Origin: Ignavibacteriae bacterium HGW-Ignavibacteriae-1
GTDB lineage: Bacteria; Bacteroidota; Ignavibacteria; Kapaibacteriales; UBA2268
Length of the DNA stretch: 64,000 nucleotides
Assembly (NCBI GenBank): GCA_002839825.1
Contig: PGYU01000007.1
Span: forward strand, 27,165 to 91,164
Reading direction: 5' to 3'
Made by a program: the position numbers and the translations under genes. The notes below the pieces were generated by a model, which ran no database searches, was not told the DNA's origin, and saw nothing but the letters and a program-made list of their open reading frames with translations. Below, piece by piece: positions 38,433-49,376 of this stretch; position 1 is the stretch's first letter, and each line of letters begins with the position of its first letter.

Positions 38433-39620
38433 TTATTCTTTTATGGCAAATTTTATTGCTTGTATGTCATTATTTGAAGTAACATTGAGAATATAAATAC
38501 CAATTGGTAGATTCAATGTACTTAAATCTAAATTATAATCATTATTCATAACATCTCTGTTATAAATTTGTTCACCCATTAAGTTGAATATATTTATAGA
38601 AAAGGGTTGAATTGAATTGACTTCTATAAGATTATTGATATAATCAACATTTATTTTTGAATTATTATCTACTTCGGCATTTTTCACACTAACCGTTGTT
38701 AAACCTCTATATAATTTACCGCCTTCAAAAGCAGCGTACAAGCTATTGTCAACATAATCCATTCCCTGCAAATGAGCATTAATAGGCGTATCTATGAATT
38801 CCCACGTCACTCCTCCATCGGAAGTGAAAAGTACAGAATTTTTATCAAAGCCAGCCCATCCAATTTGGCTATTTAACATCTTAAAGTTGCCGACTATAAA
38901 AATTGTAGTTTGAATTGTAGTTAACCAACTTTCACCACCATCAGTAGTTTTGATAATGAAACCAAATCCGGCAACCCATCCTGTAGATTTATCAATGAAT
39001 TGAACAGCTAAATTCCTATAAATTGCAGGAGTCTTGTGCGATTTCCAACTTTCGCCACCATTCGTCGTACTCAGTACTGCACCCATATCACCGACTACCC
39101 AGCCATTCATTTCATCAATAAAATATATTGACCATAAATGCAGATTGGGAATTTCATGCTGAAGTATGAACCAATTCTCGCCACCATCAATAGTTTTAAG
39201 CACAATACCGTTTTCTCCTGTTACCCAGCCAATATTTTTATCAAGAAAAAAAACAGAATTAAACTGCAGTTTAGAATTGCTTTCAAGCTTTCTCACTTCT
39301 CCATTGGAATTTACTTTAGATATCGCTCCATCAGTACCAACTATCCAACCGGTACCATCGGAGAATAAAAATATATCCACAAAAATATTACTTGTATCGG
39401 TACTGTGATCAATCCATGTGACGCCGGCATCCGTAGTTCTGAAAATGGTCCCGCTGTATCCCGCCATCCAACCATTATTACTATTATAAAATTTAATGCA
39501 ATTCATATCAGCAGCGCTTTCTATTTTAATTTCCTGCCAATCAATTTCTACCGAAAAAGTTGGGATAGTGCTTAAAAATAGCATAAAGGAAAGCAAAGTT
39601 GTCTTAAATTTCAGTTTCAT
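38433..39620 (-). CDS. YCF48/BNR beta-propeller with T9SS-type CTD
   Basis: GW..G..G.I..TxDGGxxW repeats; IFNLMGE..GIYIL..IKFAIKE. Confidence 0.85.
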   Translation of the reverse strand: MKLKFKTTLLSFMLFLSTIPTFSVEIDWQEIKIESAADMNCIKFYNSNNGWMAGYSGTIFRTTDAGVTWIDHSTDTSNIFVDIFLFSDGTGWIVGTDGAISKVNSNGEVRKLESNSKLQFNSVFFLDKNIGWVTGENGIVLKTIDGGENWFILQHEIPNLHLWSIYFIDEMNGWVVGDMGAVLSTTNGGESWKSHKTPAIYRNLAVQFIDKSTGWVAGFGFIIKTTDGGESWLTTIQTTIFIVGNFKMLNSQIGWAGFDKNSVLFTSDGGVTWEFIDTPINAHLQGMDYVDNSLYAAFEGGKLYRGLTTVSVKNAEVDNNSKINVDYINNLIEVNSIQPFSINIFNLMGEQIYNRDVMNNDYNLDLSTLNLPIGIYILNVTSNNDIQAIKFAIKE

Positions 39621-39631
39621 TATTTCACCTT

Positions 39632-40561
39632 TTATTTTAAATTTGAAATCTCTTTCCATTTAATAACACCGTGATAATTCTCTGCAACAAATAGTTTATT
39701 TTGATATAGAAACATTGCCCCCGGATATTCGCATTCTGAGCGGTCAAATTCTGTCCAATTCGCTCCGAAGTCTTGCGAATTTAAAATAATTCGTTCATTG
39801 TTTAATTTGCAATAAAGCCATATATTATTCTTGTCGCTCACAAATCCATTTATTGAATAATTAGTTTGCGTATTTATCCAATTCCAAGTTAAACAGTTAT
39901 CAGTGGAATTACAAAGTAAGCCATCGAACCCTAATGCCCATATCTTATTTCCATCATAATGAAGGTTCCAAATTTGTTCTCCTTCAAATATATTAATTAA
40001 TTTCCATGTTTCGCCTTCATCGTTTGATTCGTAAATAGCAGAAGCATTGTCATTATATGCTGATAAATATATTTTATCATGTACTTTTGCAATCGAAGTT
40101 AAGTTGGGATGTTCGATTATTGAAACTGCCTTCCATGTTTCTCCTTTATCTGTACTTCGCAATATGTAGGAATTTTGTGATAATATCAATAAGGTGTTTG
40201 GGTTGACATATGTGAATTTCGCTAAATTAAAAACAGGGTCAATACTCAAATCTTCAAACTCATTACCGGGTTTAGAAAAATATACAATTGTTCCGTAATA
40301 GCCAGTAATTAAAATTCCTCCATCCGGTGTAAAATCTATGTTCATCAAAGGGTAATGTGTTCCGACGTATTGTCTCTTCCAACTCAATCCGGCGTCTGTT
40401 GAATATAAATAATTATTCCTGGGTCCTAATACAATGCCTATTCCATTATCATTAAATTTGATTTTCGTTAATGGCTCGTTATTTAAATTTGCAACTGTAT
40501 TCCAATCTTCCGCTTCTGCACTAAGATGCATTATTAGCATAAATAAAATTAATATTTTCAT
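39632..40561 (-). CDS. YCF48/BNR beta-propeller without CTD
   Basis: STDAGLSW, STDKGETW, SNDEGETW, SQDFGANW boxes; signal peptide. Confidence 0.82.
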   Translation of the reverse strand: MKILILFMLIMHLSAEAEDWNTVANLNNEPLTKIKFNDNGIGIVLGPRNNYLYSTDAGLSWKRQYVGTHYPLMNIDFTPDGGILITGYYGTIVYFSKPGNEFEDLSIDPVFNLAKFTYVNPNTLLILSQNSYILRSTDKGETWKAVSIIEHPNLTSIAKVHDKIYLSAYNDNASAIYESNDEGETWKLINIFEGEQIWNLHYDGNKIWALGFDGLLCNSTDNCLTWNWINTQTNYSINGFVSDKNNIWLYCKLNNERIILNSQDFGANWTEFDRSECEYPGAMFLYQNKLFVAENYHGVIKWKEISNLK

Positions 40562-40571
40562 CGTTATTTCC

Positions 40572-42200
40572 TTAATTGATTATTATTCGTTGCGAAACAA
40601 ATTCATTCTTATCGGATTTGAGACCAATTAAATATGTGCCTGTAGTCAAATTAATCAGATTTAGTTTTATATGATGTTCTCCGGCATTCAAATTATTGAT
40701 ATTTGATAGTCTGCCAATGAATGCGCCCTGAATATCATATATATTTATCTCAATATTTCGCACTTCAGTTGTTTTGAATTTCATTGTAATAGAACCGTTG
40801 TATACCGGATTAGGATATAAATTCTGTATTTCGATTGCACCATTGGCAAATCGGCAATAATCGTAAAATGACTCTTCTTCAATGAAATTGCACGCTTCTT
40901 CTAAGCTTAATGTGCCGGACTCTATTGATGAAATAATTTCAATTTCATTTTTCAAAGCTTTTTTGTAGCGTTCCGGTAGTGATTCGATAAATTCATCTGT
41001 AGGATAATACCACAAAACTAATTTTTCAATCAAATCATTTTTATTAAATTTGATTTCGATTGGCAAAAGCTTCGAGTAATCCATGTTTTCAATATATTTC
41101 TGACTTATTGGCGAATCATGCGAAATAAATACATATTTATGGTCAGTATTATTGTATTTAAAAGCGGCAATTATCGGAACAACTTTGCTGTAGGAATCTT
41201 TTGCCCAATTACCGAATTGTGCAATATTATTTACAAAACCTTGTAAAGCCCGCGTCTTCCAATCTTCATAAGCGACTGCATAATCCATTCCAATGTATTC
41301 ATGAACCGAGCTATGCAATATTACATTTTTCAAATTGTAATATATTTTTCCGTCAATAGTGTCTGAGGTGGTTGCCGTTCTATATGCAGTAGCATGAATT
41401 GTGGCTTTAACCAATATAGATTCATCAAGTTTATCCTTCAAATCTATCTCATGGCGGGTTTTTATGAGTAGTGTATCGCCATTTACAGGGTAATTTCGTT
41501 CAACTAATTCATAATTCGCCGGAAGATTGCTATAAGATTTATTGTTCCTCATTGGAATTGGATGCAACTGATGAAAGTATTCGATAGGATATGATACAGT
41601 ATTTTCATTCAATTGAATATTTAATTTTGCTAATTCATTTTTTGTCAGATTTAAAGTTATTAGCCCCGGTATTGGGCTTCCTTCAGCATCGGTTTGAATA
41701 GAGCCTGGTTCGAGGAAATCTATAGATGTACTTTTGTTTCCAATTGTAAATACATTTTGCGGACGTTGAAGTGCTTCGGTTCTAAATGGATTTTTAATGT
41801 AAATAGGATAGTTTGTCAATTCCTCTTGAGATATGATTTGAGTTTTTCCTTCAATATGTTTGGATTTGGTACTACTTTCGGTTAATACTGCAATTTCTGA
41901 ATTGTCAATCAAATCATGTTCTGTGTGTTCAATTTCTGACGTATGGATACTGGATTTTGAACTAATTTCAATAATTTCAAGAATATTTGAAATCTCAAAG
42001 TATTGATTCATACTTAGAAAACTAAACACTACTAAAAAAGTCAACATTGCGATACTCCCCAACAGTTCGACATTCAGTGGTGAATTATGAGCAAATTTAT
42101 TCACTGCTAAAATTGAATTCAATTCCTTATCATCTAAAGGCTCTTTAAACTGATTCATTTCCTTAGCAGCAGCAAAATATTTATTTAACTCTGTATTCAT
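40572..42200 (-). CDS. Putative anti-sigma factor with TM and T9SS-type CTD (paralogue of 24953-26554)
   Basis: Overlaps the ECF stop; TM at about aa 46-64; LWYYPTDE motif; LYPNP..YDIQG..GTYLI..QRIIIN. Confidence 0.7.
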   Translation of the reverse strand: MNTELNKYFAAAKEMNQFKEPLDDKELNSILAVNKFAHNSPLNVELLGSIAMLTFLVVFSFLSMNQYFEISNILEIIEISSKSSIHTSEIEHTEHDLIDNSEIAVLTESSTKSKHIEGKTQIISQEELTNYPIYIKNPFRTEALQRPQNVFTIGNKSTSIDFLEPGSIQTDAEGSPIPGLITLNLTKNELAKLNIQLNENTVSYPIEYFHQLHPIPMRNNKSYSNLPANYELVERNYPVNGDTLLIKTRHEIDLKDKLDESILVKATIHATAYRTATTSDTIDGKIYYNLKNVILHSSVHEYIGMDYAVAYEDWKTRALQGFVNNIAQFGNWAKDSYSKVVPIIAAFKYNNTDHKYVFISHDSPISQKYIENMDYSKLLPIEIKFNKNDLIEKLVLWYYPTDEFIESLPERYKKALKNEIEIISSIESGTLSLEEACNFIEEESFYDYCRFANGAIEIQNLYPNPVYNGSITMKFKTTEVRNIEINIYDIQGAFIGRLSNINNLNAGEHHIKLNLINLTTGTYLIGLKSDKNEFVSQRIIIN

Positions 42201-42684
42201 CTTTCACTCCAATTAATTCAGCCAATTGCTTTTTCGCTCTGTATAATCTTGATTTAATAGTTTCTTCGCTTACATTCATAATTATACTCGCTTCCTTTCG
42301 TGAAAAGCCCTCAATTTCTGATAAAATCAGCGTTTCTCTGTAATCCGGCTTCAACTTATTCATTGCTTGTCGCAAAAATTGAATATCAATCATTACATCG
42401 GGATGCAATGAGTTGTCCATTAAATTGTCAAAATCAAAATCCTTTTCAAAGTTGGATTGAAATTTGATTGATTTGTAAAACACTCTACTTGCGATAGTAA
42501 ATACATAGCTTAAGAAAGCATCTTCACTCTTGAGTTTGGCAAATCCTAAGAAAGCCTGATAAAGAGTTTCGCTCAGTAATTCCTTTGCATCGTCGGTATT
42601 TCTAGTCATGAAGAGACAATATCTCCACAGACTATCTTTGTTCCGACGATAACATTCGGTAAAATGTGCTTTTAAATCATTCAG
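42181..42684 (-). CDS. ECF sigma-70 factor, probable CTG start
   Basis: AKELLSET..FLSYVFTIA; IKSRLYRAK. The frame extends upstream (LNDLKAHFTECYRRNKDSLWRYCLF) to CTG 42684, which follows AAGGA. Confidence 0.88.
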   Translation of the reverse strand: MNDLKAHFTECYRRNKDSLWRYCLFMTRNTDDAKELLSETLYQAFLGFAKLKSEDAFLSYVFTIASRVFYKSIKFQSNFEKDFDFDNLMDNSLHPDVMIDIQFLRQAMNKLKPDYRETLILSEIEGFSRKEASIIMNVSEETIKSRLYRAKKQLAELIGVKDEYRVK

Positions 42685-42711
42685 TTTTCTATCCTTTTTT
42701 ATATTCTGTGA

Positions 42712-42742
42712 GTAAGTGCTTCAATATTAAAAAAAGGGTGCA
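42712..42742 (-). promoter_or_regulatory. Putative ECF promoter TGCACC-N18-CACTTAC
   Basis: Resembles the motifs at 27168 and 27353; lies just upstream of the second ECF gene. Confidence 0.5.
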
Positions 42743-42768
42743 TTAATGAACAAATTTGCTCTCCACTC

Positions 42769-43680
42769 TCACGGCTTATAGCTTTTTATTGCTTTAATGC
42801 GGGAATTAATGCCATCTATCACGGTATTGATTGGTGGCGAAGTGCCAAAGCCAAGCTCATTATGTTCGTCAATCAGATTGCCATTCTCGATTGGGTATAT
42901 GGACCTAACTGCCGAACCTGATGTGCTGAGAGGCAACAAACTGAAAAATGTCGAGGCTTCCGTTATACATATCATTCTGTATTCGAAGAAAATGAGGTAG
43001 GATTTGTTGAGTTCCATCTCGAAATTGGGATTTGTATCTTCAAACCATTCCTTGACATAGTCAAATTTCAAGCAATTGAAAGTGTCTGAGGAGTTTGAGC
43101 CTTCCTCTCCACATGTCAGAAGTTGTTTCCCTTTGAAAATGGTGTCAACTGTTGCAATTACTTCTCGAACTGTTTTGGGCTGTACTTTGTACGATGTGGC
43201 TCTCATCAAAATCGAATTTACCGTCACTCGTGCAACTAAGTATGACGAGGTCAATGATGCATCAATAATCGGAGTGGGCGATGCTCGCCGAATTTGTTCG
43301 ATAAAGGTGAAATAATAGTTCATCACAGATTGCTTATTCAGTTCGCCATAAATCATGTAATTGAGAAAATTTTCCGGACTATATTCGATAGTTTTATACA
43401 AATATTTCATCACGGTTTGGAGTGTATCATTATAGTCTTGTCTCAGTAAGCTACCATAAAATTCCTCGAAATCAGAGTTTTTAGTCAAGCTATCCAAGAA
43501 TCTGTATGCTCTTGCGACATCTTCAGGCATATCATCGGAATAGGGCGGATTGGAGGCATTTACCTCAGTCTCATAGTGAGTGCCGATAAAATCCGGTAAG
43601 CAGGGCAAATCCTGACCAAATATAGATTGGGTGAATATGAAATTCAGGCACAAAACAAGCAGTATAACTAATAACTTCAT
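42769..43680 (-). CDS. Hypothetical secreted protein
   Basis: 303-aa ORF with signal peptide and GAGG RBS; no recognised motif. Confidence 0.7.
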   Translation of the reverse strand: MKLLVILLVLCLNFIFTQSIFGQDLPCLPDFIGTHYETEVNASNPPYSDDMPEDVARAYRFLDSLTKNSDFEEFYGSLLRQDYNDTLQTVMKYLYKTIEYSPENFLNYMIYGELNKQSVMNYYFTFIEQIRRASPTPIIDASLTSSYLVARVTVNSILMRATSYKVQPKTVREVIATVDTIFKGKQLLTCGEEGSNSSDTFNCLKFDYVKEWFEDTNPNFEMELNKSYLIFFEYRMICITEASTFFSLLPLSTSGSAVRSIYPIENGNLIDEHNELGFGTSPPINTVIDGINSRIKAIKSYKP

Positions 43681-43969
43681 GACTTTTCCTCAATTAATCA
43701 AGCGACACTCACTACAATTCAAATGAAAGAAACGAACGAATTCAGCTTTTGTTTATCATGCAAAAAAATCTTAAATTCAATATGAAATACTTTTAGTTAA
43801 AATATTAACATAATAATATAAAAAACATGTACAATCAATTCAATATGTTACAAAAGTGACAAAAATACATTTATATATAGAGATTACGATGATTTTCTTG
43901 CATGAATAAAAAATAATACTTAATTTCACAACTGTATTGATTGTAAAAATAAAATAATTATTTTAATAT

Positions 43970-46801
43970 ATGAACATAATAAGTCATTTTAAAGATAGAG
44001 GAAAAGCAGTCACCATAACTTATAGCTTGGTTTTTGCTTTAATTGCCTACTTAGCATTTACGACACTCAACTCTGCGGTACAAGTAACAATGCCCGAAGA
44101 GAACGACGAATGCATGATGTGCCATGACGACAAAGATTTGAAAGGTACGCGCAAAGGCAAGAATATTTCGATGTATGTCAATCCCAATCACGTTTTGGGT
44201 TCAGTTCACGCTGAAGTAAAATGCGTTGATTGCCATACAGATTTAGCAGGAGTGGAATTGCCTCACGAGGACGATTTGAAGCCCGCAACTTGTGGTAAAT
44301 GCCACACTAAGCAGCAAAAGGATTTCGACATGAGCTTTCATGGTGTAGCACTCAAAAAAGGCGACCCTTTGGCGCCTAATTGTCAGTACTGCCACGGTAG
44401 CCACCAAATTGTTGATGCAAAGCACGAAAAATCGCCCGTGCAACCCCTCAAAATACCATTCATGTGTGGGAAATGCCACCAAGAAGGTGCACCCGTACAA
44501 ATGTCTAGGAATATTCCCCAATCGCATATCTTGGAAAATTATTCTGAGAGTATTCATGGTGAAGGTCTTTTCAAGCGCGGTTTAGTTGTGACTGCTACTT
44601 GCGTTTCGTGTCATACTGCACATGCGATTTTGCCACATACTGATAAGAGGTCTTCGATTGCACGTAATAATATTGCCGCAACGTGCTCTCAATGTCATGC
44701 GAGAATTGAAGATGTGCACAAAAAAATCATTGATGGCGAATTATGGGAGAAAGAAGCTCATACGCTGCCTGCTTGTGTTGATTGCCACCAACCTCATAAA
44801 GTTCGGAAATCGTTTTATGATGTAGGTTTAGCAAAAGCCGAGTGTTTGAATTGTCACCAAGATAAAAATATTAAAGCAAGCAAAGGCGGTCGCTCTCTGC
44901 ATGTTGATATAAGCAAATTAGACCATTCGGTACATTCAGACCTTGCTTGCAGTAAATGCCATATTGAGGTTCGCCCATCTAAAATTCGCTCTTGCGAAAC
45001 AATTACAACAAAAGTTAATTGTGGAAGTTGCCATGACAAAGTAAACGATAATTATATGCAAAGCAGCCATGGGAAGCTATTCTTAAGTGGTGAAAGTGAT
45101 GCTCCAACTTGTGTAACATGCCACAATGACCACGAAGTGCTCCCGAAGATTAATCCAATGTCTAAAACTTTTGCTATAAATATTCCTAACCTATGCTCAG
45201 AGTGTCACCAAGACGGACATCAAGCAGCGGTCAGGATGGAAGACAAGGTACAACATCTTACAGAAACTTATTCGGAGAGTATTCACGGGCAGGGCTTGAA
45301 ATCCGGCAGACTCAAAGTAACGGCGAATTGTTCGGATTGTCACTCTGCGCATATGGAAGCAAATCATGAAAATCCCGTATCCTCGACTCATAAGGACAAT
45401 ATTAGCACCACTTGTGGCAAGTGCCATTGGGGAATTCAGACTCAATTCGATAAAAGTATCCACTCGCCAATGGTATCAAAATCGGAAGATGACTTGCCAA
45501 ATTGTAACACATGCCATGTGGCTCACTCAGTAGTTGACCCATCAAAAGATGAGTTCAGATTGTCCATGTTGAATACCTGCGGCAAATGCCATGAAAAAAT
45601 TACTCACTTATATTTCGATACATATCACGGGAAGGCGTCACTTCTTGGTTCGGGCAAAGCTGCTAAATGCCAAGATTGCCATAGCGCCCATATGATATTA
45701 CCAACATCACACGCAAATTCGACACTTTCACGAGACAACATTGTCGAAACATGTGCAAAATGCCATCCCGCAGCTAATAAAGGCTTTACAAGGTATTTAA
45801 CTCATGCAACTCATCACGACCCGGAAAAATACCCACTGCTTTTCATCACATTTTGGGGTATGACAATACTTCTTCTCGGCACATTTCTGGTTTCATGGTT
45901 GCACACATTATTGTGGTTGCCAAAGTCATTAAAGATGCGAAAAGAGATGATGGTACTCAAAGCCGCTGGGCATTCTGGCAAACGCGTTAGGAGATTTACA
46001 CCATTGAACCGAATTTTGCACGTCACAATGATATTATGCTTCCTGACTCTTGCCGCCACAGGGATGATGCTCAAATTCTCATATGCTTGGTGGGCACAAT
46101 TCAGCGTTAAGTTGATTGGCGGAGTGGAAGTTACAGGCTTCTTCCATCGCTTTGCTGCAATAGTATTGTTCGGTGTATTCTTTACTCATATTTTCGATTT
46201 AATATTCAACAAACGTAAAGAATTTAGTTCATGGAAAGAAATGCTTTTGGGTTCGGATTCTCTTTTGCCAAATAAAAAAGATTGGGAAGATTTTATCGGC
46301 TCAATGAAATGGTTCTTCAACAAAGGACCGCGCCCGCAATACGGAAGATGGACTTATTGGGAAAAATTCGACTATTTTGCAGTATTTTGGGGGATTTTCG
46401 TAATTGGCTCAACCGGGCTTATGCTCTGGATACCCGAGTTTTTCACCAAATTTATGTCCGGACAATTCATTAACGTTGCTACTATTATTCATAGTGACGA
46501 GGCATTGCTTGCAGCAGGATTCATTTTCACCATACATTTCTTCAATACGCACTTCCGTCCGGAAAAATTCCCTATGGATACCGTAATTTTCTCAGGAAGT
46601 TATGATGTAGAAGAATTCAAATTCGACAGACCCGCCGAATATGAAAAATTGGTCGAAGAAGGGAAATTGGAAGAACTTTACGTTGACGCACCGACTCCGA
46701 CACAAAAGAAAGTTCATTCAATCTTTGGATGGGCAGCTTTATTAACCGGATTATTAATAGTCTTTTTAATAATTTATTCGATTATTAGCATTAACTTTTA
46801 A
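43970..46801 (+). CDS. 19-heme cytochrome c fused to a cytochrome b domain (CbcL-like quinol oxidase)
   Basis: 19 CxxCH counted; C-terminal TM domain with RILH, HRFAA, YWEKFDY.AVFWG, IHSDEA, HFFNTH. Confidence 0.88.
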   Translation: MNIISHFKDRGKAVTITYSLVFALIAYLAFTTLNSAVQVTMPEENDECMMCHDDKDLKGTRKGKNISMYVNPNHVLGSVHAEVKCVDCHTDLAGVELPHEDDLKPATCGKCHTKQQKDFDMSFHGVALKKGDPLAPNCQYCHGSHQIVDAKHEKSPVQPLKIPFMCGKCHQEGAPVQMSRNIPQSHILENYSESIHGEGLFKRGLVVTATCVSCHTAHAILPHTDKRSSIARNNIAATCSQCHARIEDVHKKIIDGELWEKEAHTLPACVDCHQPHKVRKSFYDVGLAKAECLNCHQDKNIKASKGGRSLHVDISKLDHSVHSDLACSKCHIEVRPSKIRSCETITTKVNCGSCHDKVNDNYMQSSHGKLFLSGESDAPTCVTCHNDHEVLPKINPMSKTFAINIPNLCSECHQDGHQAAVRMEDKVQHLTETYSESIHGQGLKSGRLKVTANCSDCHSAHMEANHENPVSSTHKDNISTTCGKCHWGIQTQFDKSIHSPMVSKSEDDLPNCNTCHVAHSVVDPSKDEFRLSMLNTCGKCHEKITHLYFDTYHGKASLLGSGKAAKCQDCHSAHMILPTSHANSTLSRDNIVETCAKCHPAANKGFTRYLTHATHHDPEKYPLLFITFWGMTILLLGTFLVSWLHTLLWLPKSLKMRKEMMVLKAAGHSGKRVRRFTPLNRILHVTMILCFLTLAATGMMLKFSYAWWAQFSVKLIGGVEVTGFFHRFAAIVLFGVFFTHIFDLIFNKRKEFSSWKEMLLGSDSLLPNKKDWEDFIGSMKWFFNKGPRPQYGRWTYWEKFDYFAVFWGIFVIGSTGLMLWIPEFFTKFMSGQFINVATIIHSDEALLAAGFIFTIHFFNTHFRPEKFPMDTVIFSGSYDVEEFKFDRPAEYEKLVEEGKLEELYVDAPTPTQKKVHSIFGWAALLTGLLIVFLIIYSIISINF

Positions 46802-46813
46802 ATGTAAGTATAT

Positions 46814-46945
46814 CAATTCATCCGATGACTCCAAGTCATCGGATGAATATTGTAGATTAAAATATTGTAGGGACAGCAACAGCGTTCTGTCCAAAATATC
46901 GTCATACTTAGCTGCATGCGAAGAATCAAGTTTTCAAAAAAACAT
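46814..46945 (+). repeat. Composite ~130-bp 3' element, copy 1 (palindrome family B)
   Basis: ATTCATCCGATGACT-CCA-AGTCATCGGATGAAT..CAACAGCGTTCT..GAAGAATCAAGTTTTCA; homologous to 55284-55416. Confidence 0.8.
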
Positions 46946-47016
46946 TCCGTCAGGTCTACAACTGACGGACTGAAATGAAGAACATGTTTACCGTCAGTTA
47001 TAACAACTGACGGGAC
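46946..47016. repeat. Two diverged REP-like family A palindromes
   Basis: TCCGTCAGGTCTACAACTGACGGA and CCGTCAGTTATAACAACTGACGGGAC. Confidence 0.75.
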
Positions 47017-47378
47017 AATAAAACGAATGATATTGTATAAATTGTTGCAGTGAATAAGGTAGGTGACGTTTGGGTGATAAAACTTGGAGAGACTTCTGTT
47101 TTGCAGTTCTCAAATGTTCATCATATAGTGTTTTCCATATCTCAAGCACTTTTTAACTAATTTTAAGGACGTTATTAGTATTTACCCATAAATCAGAAAA
47201 TAGTATCAAAGAAATTATTAATTTTTAGAAATATAGTACAAACTAAAAATAAATGTTGAAATTTAATTCAATTTGTTTATCTTTGTTTGTTGACTTTTTG
47301 GATGTTTATATATAGTTATATATATATGTTGTTTTTTAGATATAAATAATCTTACAATAATATTCTGATAAGGTAAAT

Positions 47379-48545
47379 ATGAAAGACAAGAAGCATATAG
47401 TAATAGTATTCTCAATAGTTTTTGGGAGTATAATTATAGCGTTGATTGCTGACAGATTATTGCAACCTACAAGTTTCGGCAAATACGGACATTACCGTTG
47501 GGATGCCGTTAATGAGCTTCAGACTCAGAAAATCATAAATCAAAATACTAATACATGTAGTGAATGTCATAATGATATATATCAGTTGCATCAGAAGGAC
47601 GCTCATTTTAGTGTGCCTTGTGTTGACTGCCACGGTGCGGGAGATTTGCACGTTTCATTCTATAGAAAAGATGAAAACTCGAAGAATATCACCAAATTAC
47701 AAGCTGTACTGAAAAAAGAATTTGATTTCGAAGGTTGTCTTTATTGCCACCGGAAATTAAATGCTCGACCTTCTGACTTCCCTCAGATAAATCAGGAAGA
47801 GCATTACAAATTTATGCACGTAATTGATTCAACTACAAAATGTATTGCCTGCCATGATCCTCACGAGCCTATATTTCTATTGACTGAATCAAGACAGGCT
47901 CGTCTGCATCCAATAGTTTACAAATGTACTGATTGCCACAGTAAAAGACCCGAAAAGAATTATTATGATGTTGCCGACCATCCTAAGATATTCGAATGTA
48001 AAGATTGTCATTCCGAAATTGTCAAGGATTTCAACACTAAATCTCACAGTAACGCAGTTGAATGTCGAACATGCCATTTATTTCATAAAGAAGATGAGAC
48101 AATTGGACGAATGTATAAAAACGGAAACATGGAATTCTGTTTGCTTTGTCATGAAAAGAAACCCTTCAAAGATGCAGACTTTCCTCCTAAAGTTGAGTGG
48201 CCTTCCCACATTGGCAGTCTAAAACATATAGAAAAGACAGATACGAAATTATGTCTTGACTGTCACGCAAAGGATATTCATAAAATGGATTTAAGATTGA
48301 GGGGGAATCCGCATCCCGGAAATTGGAAAGCCGAACATAAGAAATATGCAAAGAGAACTTTTGCTTCTAATGACAAATCTGATTGTAAAAATTGTCATAC
48401 AAAGGATTATTGTATGTCCTGTCATTTGACAGAAATGCCACACCCGGTTGATTTTATGGATAATCACAAATTCACTGTTGAGAAAAAAGGGAAAAAAATG
48501 TGTGCAAACTGCCATAATACTGATTTCTGCGGTCAATGTCATTAA
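47379..48545 (+). CDS. Membrane-anchored 13-heme cytochrome c
   Basis: N-terminal TM, SFGKYGHYR motif, 13 CxxCH. Confidence 0.9.
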   Translation: MKDKKHIVIVFSIVFGSIIIALIADRLLQPTSFGKYGHYRWDAVNELQTQKIINQNTNTCSECHNDIYQLHQKDAHFSVPCVDCHGAGDLHVSFYRKDENSKNITKLQAVLKKEFDFEGCLYCHRKLNARPSDFPQINQEEHYKFMHVIDSTTKCIACHDPHEPIFLLTESRQARLHPIVYKCTDCHSKRPEKNYYDVADHPKIFECKDCHSEIVKDFNTKSHSNAVECRTCHLFHKEDETIGRMYKNGNMEFCLLCHEKKPFKDADFPPKVEWPSHIGSLKHIEKTDTKLCLDCHAKDIHKMDLRLRGNPHPGNWKAEHKKYAKRTFASNDKSDCKNCHTKDYCMSCHLTEMPHPVDFMDNHKFTVEKKGKKMCANCHNTDFCGQCH

Positions 48546-48620
48546 ACGTATTTGAAATAAAATGTTTACGTATTATCAAGAGAAACAAATTGATTAAACA
48601 GTAAAATAAGGACATTTAAA

Positions 48621-49376
48621 ATGGATAATATAGAAAGAAGGCAATTCATAAAATGCGGTTTGTACAGTACAGCCGGAATACTTGTCGGGTCATTTTTTGC
48701 TTTCAGTAAAAGCAGCGACCCTATTGAAGTTCTAAAATATGAGGATTTGCTAAAGTTCGACTGGGGCTATATAGTTGATACTACAAGATGTATCGGCTGC
48801 GGTGCGTGCGTAAGAGCTTGTTCGGTAGAAAATAATGTACCTGATACATTTTTCAGAACGTGGGTTGAAAGATTTGAAATTAATAAGGATGAGCAGGTAA
48901 GGGTTGATTCACCGAACGGAGCAATGGAAGGTTTCAAAAATGACAATTTTGATACCGATATTGTTAAAGCATTCTTTGTACCAAAAATCTGTAACCACTG
49001 TCAAAATTCAGCCTGTACACAGGTTTGTCCTGTCGGAGCATCATACCATTCACCGGATGGTGTTGTACTGATAGACAAAGAACATTGCATTGGGTGCGGA
49101 TACTGCGTTCAGGCTTGCCCGTATAGCTGTAGATATATAGACCATAAAGTCGGTGTTGCGGATAAATGTACATTATGTTATCATAGGATTCACAAAGGCG
49201 AACTACCGGCTTGTGTAAATGCCTGTCCCCGTAATGCTCGGATTTTCGGCAATCTGAAAGACCCCGAAAGTAATATTCGTAAAATTCTACACAAAAGAAG
49301 ATATGGTATACTTAAACCTGAATTAGGAACTAATCCTAAATGCTTTTACATCGGACTTGATATGGAGGTTAAATAA
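48621..49376 (+). CDS. NrfC/PsrB-type 4x[4Fe-4S] protein with Tat signal
   Basis: ERRQFIK; CIGCGAC..C, CNHC..C..CP, CIGCGYC..CP, KCTLC..C..CP. Confidence 0.92.
   Translation: MDNIERRQFIKCGLYSTAGILVGSFFAFSKSSDPIEVLKYEDLLKFDWGYIVDTTRCIGCGACVRACSVENNVPDTFFRTWVERFEINKDEQVRVDSPNGAMEGFKNDNFDTDIVKAFFVPKICNHCQNSACTQVCPVGASYHSPDGVVLIDKEHCIGCGYCVQACPYSCRYIDHKVGVADKCTLCYHRIHKGELPACVNACPRNARIFGNLKDPESNIRKILHKRRYGILKPELGTNPKCFYIGLDMEVK

Noticed and set aside
43740-43969. FNR/Rex/Fur operator upstream of the cytochrome cluster
   Set aside because: Only partial half-sites in very AT-rich sequence; no convincing full palindrome.
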